This document shows positions 17,200 through 30,039 of a stretch of 64,000 nucleotides of DNA, piece after piece. Numbering within the stretch: the stretch's first letter is position 1; every line of letters begins with the position of its first letter. This stretch comes from Octopus vulgaris (taxonomy: Eukaryota). Location of the stretch: the NCBI GenBank assembly GCA_951406725.2, contig OX597816.1:33790001-33854000 (forward strand), in the 5' to 3' direction. The translations under genes were made by a program, and so were the position numbers. The notes under the pieces are model-generated. The model had not been told where the DNA came from. It did not search any database and saw nothing but the letters and a program-made list of their open reading frames with translations.

Positions 17200-17710
17200 G
17201 TTGGTCTGTTCACGCCTCGGCATGATAACGTTCCGTCAAATGTAACCGATAAAATCAACCTTAAAATATAAGTGTATAGCACTCGATTGATTCGACTGAA
17301 AATTCTTGACATTTGTTCGTCAGCACTGCTTCAGTGTAATCACTATAAGCAGTGAAAGAGAAGACAAAGATATTTTATGATGTACTTTCTTTCTTTCTTC
17401 TATTCATCTTGAAACGTTTAAATTCTGAATTCTCTCATCCTAACTTATACGTTAGTTGGACTTCAACAAAGCGAAACCTGGTGTTGCGCTTTTGTTGTGG
17501 CGAAATACTAATGAAATGCTCGCACACGCATACACACAAACATGTATGTAAGCATGTAACGCATTTTCTTCAGCTTTGAAATTCATTCAGAAATCATGTC
17601 AGACCGGTATTTTTGTAGAAATTTTTTGCCTAACATGTCGGCTGCGCTGTGTGGCTGAACCTGAAAAACCGTGGATGCAAAATGAATGTCTTCACCTCGC
17701 TCGCTCACAA

Positions 17711-17761
<51 letters not shown>

Positions 17762-18481
17762 TATATTGATAGATAAGTTTAGCAAAAATTTAGATTCAGA
17801 TAAATATGTTGTTTATATAAGTTGAGGCACCAGAATTTAGTACAGTATTATCCATACAATTTCAAAATAAAGTGATTAAAATCAAAATAAGCAATAAGGA
17901 TATCCAGAGGTAATGCAGTACGATCGTTTAAAGCAACTCATTGAACAGAACAATGCAACCATTGCATCAATTTAAATGCAGAAGTATCAGGAAGATAGAC
18001 CTGTTACAGATTTTTACTTGTCAGTTTTTTATGGGGCCAGTTTTAATTTATAGACTAGTTTTATCAAATGCTTTTATATCTAACATCGAGAGAACATGTG
18101 TCAGTGTCTGTAACTAGTAAGGCTGAGGGATCAGATAGAAATCATAGTGGGTATAGTCATAAAAATATCAAGATTTATCAGAAGGAATATCATGAAGTTT
18201 GGTAAAGGAAAACTTAAATGAAGATGTTATCTGTAACAAGTAGCTTCTAGCCTGAAGGGAAAGCAGTACGTCTTTGTCTGTCTCCTTAAATTCTTGGAGA
18301 TTTTATGGAAAATTATATTAATGAGACCATCTGCTTTATTTAAATTAAATTCTGTGACTTTTTGCAGCTGATAATATATTGATAAATACGTAAATGTTTT
18401 GAAACTTAACTCAAATAGAGATTTTACGCATTCTCATGTATATCTGTGTATGTGTGAATGTGTAGATAATTGTATATATTG

Positions 18482-18571
<90 letters not shown>

Positions 18572-18599
18572 CATGTATACGTGTGTGTGTGTATTGATG

Positions 18600-18634
<35 letters not shown>

Positions 18635-19245
18635 TTATGTATATGTGCGTGTGTGTGTCTGCGTGTGTCCTCGTGCAAGCGTGTGTTTGGCTTTTTGTGT
18701 CTACCTGTCCCCCGCCATTGCTTGACAATTCATGTTGATCTGTTCTCGTCTCCGCTTGATTGCGTTCCGTCAAAGGCAACCGAGAAAATAATTACAACCT
18801 TACAAAAATGAATGTATTATAGTCGATTTTTTCGTCTCAAAATTCTTGAAATTTGTTCTCCAGCTCTGTTTCAGTGTAATGGCTATAACCAGTGATAGAG
18901 AAAATAGATATATTTTGTGATGTACTTTTTTTTCTTTTTTTTTTTCAATCTTCTATCTTGAAGCGTTTAATTCCAGAATTCTCTAAAGTGCTGAGACTTT
19001 AACATAGCAAAACCTGTTATCGCGTATTTGTGGTGGTTAAATACTAATGAAACACGTGCCCGCACACATACTCACACACAAACTTAGGTATGTATGAATC
19101 TATGTATGTAATAGGATTCTTCAGTTTTCAAATTCATTCTGAAGTTATGTCAGACCTGGCTCATGGTAGAAATTATTTGCCGAACACGCCGGCTGCACTG
19201 TGCGACCGAACCTGAAAACGCGTAGAATGAAGGTGAACGCGTTCA
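17200..19245 (+). repeat. Diverged local duplication (~17200-17700 vs ~18720-19245) including a SINE tail
   Basis: Collinear blocks include AAAATTCTTGA, TTCAGTGTAAT, TGATGTACTTT, AAATACTAATGAAA, ATGTCAGACC and GAACCTGAAAA. Confidence 0.75.
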
Positions 19246-20036
19246 CACACACACACACACACACCCACACACACACACACACGCATGTGTGTGTGTGTGC
19301 GTATTCTCAAGTCAGAAACGCTGCAATACCAGAGTTTGCAATAACTTTTGTATTGATTGTCACACGTTCTTCAATTAGCTTATATACGTAGAATAATTTT
19401 TCATGCATATTATTCTGAGTACCCGTACATTTTTGTTGCCAGTATCAATTTGATTTAAACCACAAAGAATTGGATTCATGATGAAATAATGGTCCAGAGT
19501 ATCCGACGTTCATTGAAGTCTACAATTTTTTTTTTTTTTTTTTTGCAGCAGTGAATTAATTGCGGTCATTAATGTGCCTAATTGTCGACCAATTCTAAGT
19601 TTCCGGAACTCAGATTTGAAAACAACCCTTGTTATTCGGATGCAAATACATGCAGCACAAATCGGCAGCAACTGGCCCGATTGCTGCTTGCAAGGAACAG
19701 CGTTAAAATCGAGATTGCTGTCCAATACCACAGTTGATATATTGTTTTCCAGTAGTTGATATAAGACTTCAGGTTTCAGAAATAGTGGGCACATTTTTTA
19801 CCTCGCCAATTCACCATCAATTATGATACAAGGGGCAACTCTGGACGTATAAGCTGACAGCGTTTGAAACAGGAACGGATCCGATTATTTTTCGAATCCG
19901 TTTTACAAGAACGAAAAGTAGTCGTATTTCTAATGATGGAGACATATGTACAAGTTAAATGTACGAAACGGAGCCATTTATGGCATATACACTTTTAGCG
20001 GGGGCAGATTTGCGGTACTAATGTATGAAACTAATG

Positions 20037-20190
20037 CAGAGTTTCCCAACCTAGGATCCGTAAATGTAGTACTGAAGGTCCGTGAGAGAAATTCAAAAGT
20101 TTATATACACACACATCTATACATGATGATAAGCACATCAAAAGGGGTTCGCCGGAAAGTTCATTTAAATAAAAGATTTGAGGACCACTG
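20037..20190. mobile_element. hAT (Charlie/MER-type) MITE-like element
   Basis: Ends CAGAGTTTCCCAACC ... TTTGAGGACCACTG are imperfect inverted termini. No clear 8-bp TSD. Confidence 0.5.
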
Positions 20191-20271
20191 TGAAATGGAT
20201 AAGAACCATTGAATTAAAAGGACAAATGTCAGTTGAAGAATATCTAATTTATTACTTTTGCTGTCTTTTTT

Positions 20272-20530
20272 GTGGCTGTGCGATAAGAGGTTTGCGCGTT
20301 CATATACACTGCATGGCACATTGTAAATGGATTTGGTAGACGGAAACTGAAAGTGTGTGTCTTTTTGTCAGGTGGTAGAGGTTTGTTTACTTCCCCGTAA
20401 CATAGCGGCTATGTAAAAAGAGAACGAGTAAGTACCACGATTTAAAAAATGTTTAGTTGTCGATTCATTTGATTAAAAATTCTTCAAGGTGGTGCTACAG
20501 TTTATGACTATGATAGATGAACGGCAGAAG
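20272..20530 (+). mobile_element. Degenerate SINE (1787 family)
   Basis: TGGATTTGGTAGACGGAAACTGAAAG and tail CTTCAAGGTGGTGCTACAG. Confidence 0.7.
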
Positions 20531-20600
20531 ATATATGCATGCACAAAGTTAAATATACACTCATGCGTGTACAGACTAGATATATACAGGCATGTGTAAA

Positions 20601-20665
<65 letters not shown>

Positions 20666-20721
20666 ATATTAAGTTTGAAAATGGACAGATTCCACGGAAA
20701 AAATATAAATTAGTTATCGTT

Positions 20722-20777
<56 letters not shown>

Positions 20778-20863
20778 CGGACGTGTGTTTATATGTATTT
20801 GCTTTCATATATGTACGGATGTATGCATGCAGACATAACGTAGCATATACGTACGTACACATG

Positions 20864-20897
<34 letters not shown>

Positions 20898-21134
20898 CAC
20901 ACATACGCAGACATATACACGCGTATACATATGCATATATATATATCTATATCCGTATCTATCTCTATGAACCTCTCTGTCTCTCTATCTATATAAATCC
21001 TTGTACATGTAGTTTATATACATAGGCGTCGTTATCTATCAAGTTTATATTATCATATTCGTGTAGATATGAACATAGATGCATATTCCATGTTTATGAA
21101 CACGTATACATGTATATTTTGAATCCCTGATCGA

Positions 21135-21205
<71 letters not shown>

Positions 21206-21288
21206 TTTTATAGATGATGGTACACGAAGCACCAGCTTCCTAGAAAGGAGAGTCATTGAAATCAGAGCCTACACATGTATACCTTCGT

Positions 21289-21340
<52 letters not shown>

Positions 21341-21429
21341 GCATAGATTTATAAAAAAATCCAAGTGTGTGTATGTGTCTGTGGAAATTTCTCCTCGTGT
21401 CTGTATGACTGAACACACGCATATATTCA

Positions 21430-21880
21430 TATGGTTAAGTACTTCGCTTCGTAGTCCCGTGGTCTAGTTTTCTCATGCCTTTTAAAACACCTTTGGCAAG
21501 TGTGTGGTAAAATACAATTCTGTTCCGACCTCTGCCTCTTGAGTGAATTCTCGACAGAAGCTTTTTGCAACTCCGTCGTATATTCCTCTCACTTCCTCTT
21601 TCTTTCTCTTTCCTCCCCTCTTTCTCTCTTACAAACATATAGCCCCCACCCTCACCCCGTATCAAAATGTATGTTTGTCAATGTGTTTGTTCCTGCGGTT
21701 TTACAATCCAAGTTGTTCTGTTTATGCTTCTCCAACTGACCGTTAGGCGAAAGCCAACGAAAATACTATATGCGCCAGATTAAAAATTAGTACGCGGTCG
21801 ATTTGTTCGGCAATCCCTTCAAGGCGGTGCTACAGTATGCCCCCCAGGTCAATAGCTGAAACCTGAGAACCTTTAAAATG
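21430..21880 (+). mobile_element. Degenerate SINE (1787 family)
   Basis: GGTCGATTTGTTCG..CTTCAAGGCGGTGCTACAGTATG tail and remnant head. Confidence 0.55.
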
Positions 21881-24800
21881 TATACATATTTATTCATACA
21901 TATATGTATATACATATTTTCAGTTTGAATTTCCGTGTCAACATATGATTATAATCGATTTTCTAGAACTTCATATAAAAGAAATATATGGGTGCTCATT
22001 TTAAATCTACATTAGTTTTCAAAGAATTCAATTCTATTACTTTAAATATAAAGATCACGTCATCGTAACTTCTATTCCACGTGTGCTCTTGTTTTATTTT
22101 TCAAATAAGTTTTCCCTTAACCATATTTCCACAGGTGAGATAAGCATTAATATATCTTATTCCAAATCGTTCTACCTATGAATTACTTTACATGTAATTA
22201 CTTAGTTCCTGTCGATTAAAAGTTTATAAAGTTTATAAATCCTTAAAGAATTTCAAAGAACATCTAGTCTTTAAGATACAGGAATCTTAAAATCTATAAA
22301 TTGCTAATATTATATTCAAACAAACGATGATTGCTGTGAATTTCGTATTTCAGCTACTCAGAATATATTTTCCCATAGATAACCTATCTTTACCATCCTA
22401 TTGCGAAATATTTGTTGAAATATTTTTACACAGCTCTCAATTGAAAAATGGGCAATCACATATATTAATACACAATCTTCGGTAGGAACGAAAATACTTA
22501 ATAACGTGATTTGCGAATACACTGTTGTCAAAAAGTGGAATTTTGTTACAGAACATTGCAAAATGCTTTGCAGCCAGACGTCGGACACCTAAATGACCTC
22601 TTCCAACAAAATTAAAGATTTTCTGACGATAAAGCGTACACTGTGAGTCTTTCTTTCATATATGGTAATTTACTTTATTACTTTCATTGAGAATCATAAA
22701 AAGAACATAAATGAGTAAAATTTGGTGAAGTTCCGAATTAAAATAGATTATATCCTATTATTGCACATCATTGTATCGAATTATATGTTGACAGTATTAA
22801 TAATATTTTTGTGTCTCCTACCAGCATAAAAGCTTATATACGCTCACTCACATTTACTTACAAAGGGGTTCAAAGTGCAACTCATAGCAGAAGTATGATT
22901 GCAAGAGAGAGAGAGAGAGAGAGAGAGTTGACCACAATTAATTTAATAAAAATGCCTATTGGGTGCTTTAACCTTTAGCACTTGTGTCTTTCTCTCTCCT
23001 TCCGCGAAAGCTTGCATACACACACGTACGCATGCATACATATGTGCCTATGCGTACATGCATACGTCACCTGAATAACACACCCTTATACATTTACTTG
23101 CAATTAGATCTCTCTCTATCACTCTCACTGTACGAGTATTTATACCCGTGCATTTTCGTGCACGTGGTGTTTGCGCGTGTGCGCGCGCGTGTGTGTGAGA
23201 GAGTGAGTGAATGTTTAGGCGTTTAACTGACAGAATCATTTGTTTTCTATTGTTTTACGTTCTGCGTTCAAATTCGGCCCACATCACGTTTGCTTTTTAT
23301 TCCTACAGATTCGATAAAATAATGTAGTAACAAAGAGTTAGAGACAATTATTTTAATTATAACCAGTGGATTTAACATCTACAAAAATTCTAGACTTTGA
23401 ACTTCTTTAGCAAACACTTTCTATGAAAGTAAAGTGCGGTGAAATGGTTGAGCTATCCGAACTCAGCAAATTTGTTCGTGACATTTATTCTACTAATCCC
23501 GTTGTGAGTTCAAGTCGTGCTACCTTTGCCGTTCGTCCATTTCCGAGCGATACAATAAGTAATAGTTGAGCTCGGGTGGGGTGGGGCTCGGGTTCGATAT
23601 AATAATTTGATCCCTCCGTCGCCAAAATGCTGCTGTTGTGTCAAAATATGAAGCCTTCTTTGCATTAGACTTTGTTCGAATAATTGTAATAGATCACTTC
23701 AATTTTTTAAAATGTGAAACAAACACAAGCTAACCAAAATATTTCACACTCCAATTTCTCTCTCTCTCCTCTTCCCGGTCTATATATCATATGGAAACAC
23801 ACACGTTTATTTAAGACTACCGTTTTAGATCAATTTTAAGAACAGAACATTTACTGAGAGGAAACCTAATATAATATGTATATTTCCTATGTATTTCTGG
23901 AAATATGAGGGAGTACACACACCTATATTGGCTGTTAGCAAAAACGATATATATATATATATATATAATTACCTCTGAGTCGTAATTATTTTTATTAACT
24001 TTGTCAAATATGCAATATCAAAAATTAATATCAACCACTAGAGTGTAGTTAGTAGATAATGAATCATTTCTTTGTGTTGGCATGGACTTGTAGATATCCT
24101 GCGAATGGTGTCTTACATGTATTTCTAAATGACTAAGCTAAGAAAGAAATTATGTATATCTTTATTATTGGTTTTCTTCTCGAGTAATAAGCTTGACATG
24201 GTCTTCTAAGTTCCTCCGAGACCGGTGAGACTGACGCGGTTAATGTTCCATTCAAATGTCTTCAATCATTTGTAGAAACGAAATCTCTGAATCACTTCGC
24301 GTTAAGCTATCTTCAGATTCTGCACTATTTATTTTCTTTTTTGGTTTTAAAAAATATACCTTACGGTATTACCGTGTAGAATATTCTGTTAGTTTTGCAA
24401 ATAGATTTACTAACATAATTGGTCTTTTCTCAACTAGCACTTGAGATTTCTACATTGTTTCCACTCTCATCAGGATAATTTTCTGCTGATTTTTTTTTAC
24501 GTAGACACATAACAACTACAGTATGGAGGTGAATGTATCACGTTGTAAGGTAGGAACGTTTTATAAAATAATCATTCTAGAAAAAAATTGGCCCCTTTTG
24601 ATATCTTAAAACAAGTCTTTTCTACATTTCTTCTAAAGATAGTCCAATAATTATTTTAAATACAGACACAAGGCCAGACATTTCTAGTGAATATCCATCA
24701 TTTTAAGTGGTATCTTACTTATATTATCAACCACATATTTCTGAGATACAAAAATCAACCTTATTGGGATTTGAACTCAGAAATGAATGGGACATGACTA

Positions 24801-26379
24801 ATGTATTTCGTAAAAAATCCTACCTTTTCCCCACGTGACATTGGGTTTTTTATTATCTCTACTATGTACCTGACGGCTATGGCTAATAAAACATATGTCC
24901 AGAAAAGTTAGCGAACGCGTAATCATGCTTTGGTATTTATATTTGTAGATGAATGGAAATTCTGTCGTTCAAACTTCAGCAGTATTCTATTTTTTAAGAG
25001 ATTATTTTGAGGATTTCTGAAACTGATGAGAGTACGGTATTCTCAGATCTATGTTCTAACGAGAATGTAGTCCAATCAAGTGAACATCGGTTACCTAACA
25101 GAATACACTTAGAACTATATACAAGATTTGTCTATAAATATGTTAGGCGGAGGATGAGCAGTGTCAAAATCATTTTTTTTTTCTGGCGTAGCGTTCCGAT
25201 TTCAAATCTTGTAATGATCAAGTTCTTTGCATTTTATCATTTCGAGTTTTATAAAAAAAATAAATACAAGTATTTGAGTCTAGTAAATGAAAGTAGGAAT
25301 CTTGTCAAATCTTTGGCCTCATCTTTATATGTATGTATGTGTGCATGCATACATTCGCGCGTGCACACACACACACACACACGTCTGTGCAGCATATTAT
25401 TGATAAAAGTGTCCCAAAAAGTCCAGTTTTCGATAGGATCTTACTTCCGGCCACTAATACTTAATACAAAACAATATTAAAAAATAAACGATCGAATAAA
25501 TTTATGTAAAGTAATTTTGTTTCCTGGGGCAGATGGCTTTCATTATTTTCTTCGTTGTTTATTTTCAATACAACAGATTTACGTTTCCGAAGAGCATTAG
25601 TAGTAAAAATATCTTTAAAATAATTCAAGATCGTGTTGTTTACTGTTTGGCTGAAAGCTTACAGCGGTTCTTCGTGGTTCAGTGGGCTGATGTTCAGTTC
25701 CAGTTACCGCAGTAATTATTACATCACAGAATATTTTCAATGTATAAGATGCTAATCACTCACAAACTTGTTTTTATTTCCTGCGGTAGATATCAAATTC
25801 AGTGTTGCCAATCCAATGAATAACCTCGTGAAGTATTTACATCATCTCATGCAGTGAGGTATTTTAGCATCCTGCAGTACCTTTGTGCGACTACTTGGAT
25901 GAAGCAAGCAACTCCCAAACTTGAAGCGTACCCACGAATCCTTTACATGCAATTCTTCAAAAATAGAGTAACACGAACGTACATTATACGAACACAATTA
26001 ATGTGCCAAGAATTTTATATAGAGGTCTTTGTAATAAATTTTGGTTAAAATTAAGTGAAAAAAAAATAGCATTAAACGTCAGAGCTATAGAATATTCTTC
26101 ATGAACCCAGTAATACTTGTAAATCGCTTTTAGAAAGGCTAAACTTAGCAACTGAGTACGGCATGGCCACACACATACACACAGCTCAGCAATATTGATG
26201 CATGCAACCCATACCGGCAAATCTTTTGGCAGCTGTTCATTATCTCAACTTACACAAAACATATCTCTCTGTTTTATCACAGAGAAAATTATGAATTTTG
26301 TACGGAACAAGAAAAAGGAAACCAAAAAAAAAAATGATTGAAGGAAAAAAAAAAAAACAATGGTAAAATTCGAACTCAC

Positions 26380-26496
26380 CAATCCATCTTCATTTGTACT
26401 GATCACTTTCCGTACAAGGGCGTCAGTGGTAAACAGACCAAATAGAAGTATAATTAATGAGACATATAGTTGTCCCGCAATCGTAATCAACTCCAT
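26380..26496 (-). CDS. Putative first coding exon of a secreted or membrane protein (signal peptide)
   Basis: gcgATGG start context. MELITIAGQLYVSLIILLFGLFTTDA-LVRKVISTNEDGL has a hydrophobic core and a T-D-A cleavage-type motif, followed at once by a consensus donor G|GTGAGT (phase 0). Lies in non-repetitive sequence. Downstream exons not identified. Confidence 0.55.
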
Positions 26497-26566
26497 CGCT
26501 CAGGTAAAGCGAACAGGTAAGACAAGCGAAAGGGAAAAAGCAGAACTTCACTCTATCTTTATAACA

Positions 26567-26614
<48 letters not shown>

Positions 26615-26679
26615 AGTGTAAATTTACTTATATCTATATACCTCTTTCTCTGACAATTACTCGGTAATTATATTTTACT

Positions 26680-26723
<44 letters not shown>

Positions 26724-26930
26724 CACGCACTTCGGCAGAGAGGTAGATAGATAGACGGATAATTCCTTCTGAGGGGAAGGGATGGTTAATATATACTCGC
26801 ACACGCGTACGTATATAATCTGTGTGCGCCTTAGGTGTATAAGTACACAATTATATATAAATAAATAATTAATATAATAAATGTATGTCTTATGTGTCGC
26901 CAGAGATGTGTCTGAGCGAGCGTGTTTCCT

Positions 26931-26972
<42 letters not shown>

Positions 26973-27558
26973 AGTGTGTGTGTATTTTTGTGGGTGGATG
27001 TTTCGGAGTGTTATTTGTTGTTTTTTTTTTTATTTTGTGTGTGTGTGCGCCTCTTTTGAATGTATATATATTTCTTTTTTTTTTTTCTTTTTTATCAAAG
27101 GTATTCCACTGCTATGTAAGGTGCGTGTTGAGGTTTTCCGTATTGAGAGGTGACTACAGGAAGAAACACGAAGTTTGGTTAATTATCTTTTTCTCCCACT
27201 TTTTCTTCTTCTTCTGTCAGTGAATCTAAGTGGGCGTGAGTGAGAACTAAAAATGTTTCGAAGTCTATTCAGTTTCCTTTGTGGAATTATTCGGTGGTGT
27301 TGGTCTCACATTTTCTCTTCATCTTTTCCATCGTAATCATCATCGCCAACGTCTCCAACATCAAAATCTTCATCATATTTTTACTCTCTTCGTCGTTCGT
27401 TCTCTCTTCAATTCTGTTCAGCTATCATTATTTTTTTTTTCTTTTATTTATCACTTCTAACTATTTTGCTATTGGTATTTTATTGTTGTTCTCATTGCGG
27501 CTGCTGCTGTTTTTTTTGTTGTGCTCTGTTAGTTGTATATACACATATAAACATATAT

Positions 27559-27612
<54 letters not shown>

Positions 27613-27679
27613 ACGTGTATTGTGTTGCTGTTCTTTCTCAATGCTCAGCCTTTCGTCTCTCCTCACACACTTCCTACAG

Positions 27680-29190
27680 ATGCTGCTGCTGTTGCTACTA
27701 CTACTGTTGCTCTCTTAACACTGCTGCTACTACTACAGGCATCGCCGTTGTTGTTGCCTCACTTGCCGGTTTAGTAGTAGTAGTAGTAGTAGCAGTAGTA
27801 GTACAAGTAAAACTGTATATTGTAACAGTAATCGTTGTTCTTGTTGTTATAATTATTTACTTCCCCCTTTGTCAAACAGCTTGGTTACATAAAGTGGACA
27901 GTCTACCACTGCTGCGCTTTTTGTAGTTTCTTCTACAACTGGTTCTTGTTGTTGTTGCTGCTGTTGTGGTTGTTGTTGTTGGTGGTGGTGGTAGTGGTGC
28001 GATGTTGTTGTCAGTGGTAGTGATGTTACCGTGGTGGCTAAGGTAGTAGTAGCAGCATTTGCGGTGATGGTAGTGACGACGATGATGATGATGATGATGA
28101 TTGCATCAGCGTTCAAGGTGTAGTGGTAGTGGTAATAATACTACTACTGCTGCTACTACTACTAGTGCTAATACTAATACCACTACTACAGCTGCTACTA
28201 CTAGTAGTACTGCTACTGCTGCTGCTGCCGCCGCCGCCGGTGCTGCTGCTGCTGTTCTCGCTGTTGTTACTACTATTTCAGTGATGACAGGGTTGCACTG
28301 TTGCTGTTTTGGTTCCACATCAATTCTGATTGAACAGATCTGTGATTAAAGACACTCCAGCCACGACCACTCGGTGCATTCGTATTCAATGAAATTACAC
28401 CGTAAAACGTGGCCTTTGACTTATTTCTCTTCTTTATTGTTTTTTTTTCTCTCTCTCTCTTTTAACAGTTGTTTATGATCAGACGGAGCATTTGGCTGCT
28501 GTTTCCAGCGGATCGCAAACCTAAGACTCGCTATTATTATTTTATTTGACCAAATTTAATTTTCTTTTTCGCTATAACCTTTCTGTTGATATTGTAGTTG
28601 ATTTCTAATGATGACAATGATAATGATAAAGCAACAGCTCTTAAGAATATTTATGGCTGAAGCGGTTTTAATGTTGTTATTATAATTATTGTTCTTTTTA
28701 TTGTTGATGAGTGTCGCTTCTGTTGTTGACACTAGGTTTGATGTTATTGTTTTGGTGGTGGTGGTGGTTGTGGTGGTGATGGCTTTTTTCTCATGTTCTT
28801 ATTTCATATTCGAAAGGTATAGGTACCAGTACAGATTCAATATTTATTTTTTATTGTTTTAGTTTCTATTTGATAGTAGCAGTTGGTGTTAGTGTAGCGT
28901 TAATACTGTTGTTGTTGTTGGTGGTGGTGGTGGTGATGTTGTTGTGGCAGTAGAATTAATATTTTTTTTCTTGTTGTTGCAGTTATTATTTCAGTTGTTG
29001 CTTCCGCTTCTGAAGGAGGTGATATTGTCCTCGTTGAAGTTGTAGTGGTCACGGAAACGTTGCATGTGATGGGGACGGTGACGACGATGCTAAGAAAGTG
29101 CGTGAAAGAGAGAGAGAGAGAAAGAGAGAGAGAGAGCGAGAGATGGAAAAGGTGAAGAGAGAGATAAAGAAGGTAAAAGAGAGAGAGAGA
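27680..29190. repeat. Mixed trinucleotide (GCT, GTA, GTT, GGT, GAT, ACT, GCC) and (GA)n microsatellite region
   Basis: Directly visible. Source of the poly-A/T/Q/V pseudo-ORFs. Confidence 0.85.
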
Positions 29191-29459
29191 AAATGAGAGG
29201 CAAACGTGAGTTATTTAAGGACACAGGTATCAACATACACACACACACACACACACACAAACACAAAACACGTTCGTGCGGATTGAAGCGTTCACTTACA
29301 TACGCATTCGTTTACGTGTGTATGTGTGTGTGTGTATGTGTGTGTTTGTGTGTGTGTGCGAAACGGGCGTGTGAGCTTGCTTGTACATACACACATATAT
29401 GTATGTGCATGTGTGTAGATGTGTGCATGTGTGTGTGTGTGTATTACATACACTTGTAT

Positions 29460-29848
29460 TTTTGTTCTTTCTTTTGTTTCATGCATTGGACTGCGGCCTT
29501 CGTGAGACAGAGAAGAAACTTGAAGACTTTGTCGATACATATCGACCTCATCCGTTATATTTCAAGTCTCATACTTATTCTGTTGGTTCTTTTAGCCGCA
29601 GCTCACTGTTACGGTGACTAAAATCAACAACACCAGTATTGGGTATGGGATAAGAAAATGCTTATACACGAACGCTCATACATACACACATAAAATGCAC
29701 GTACATATGCATATATACATATATACATATATGTATGTTTATAGGTATGTATAAATGCATTGGTGCCTAGCGGATCTAGCTGAAGACAGTAGGACTTAAA
29801 CCTAAACCACGTGATTGCGAAGTGAATCCTTAACTGTCTGCGCCTATA
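29460..29848 (-). mobile_element. Degenerate SINE (1787-related)
   Basis: Reverse-complement tail (TGTTTC..GACTGCGGCC) and head (GGACTTAAACC..ACCACGTGATTG..GCGCCTAT). Confidence 0.55.
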
Positions 29849-29942
29849 CAATATATACAACCTTTAACCATTTTTTGTATTGTATAGATATATATATATA
29901 TATATATAGATAGATAGATAGATAGATAGATATGTATATATG

Positions 29943-29974
<32 letters not shown>

Positions 29975-29975
29975 A

Positions 29976-30010
<35 letters not shown>

Positions 30011-30039
30011 CAAATATATATATATATGTCAGGTCGCTC

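Noticed and set aside
24445-25050. CTGATGA motifs at ~24470(-) and ~25023(+) as hammerheads
   Set aside because: The first lacks helix II and the second lacks GAAA. Expected by chance.
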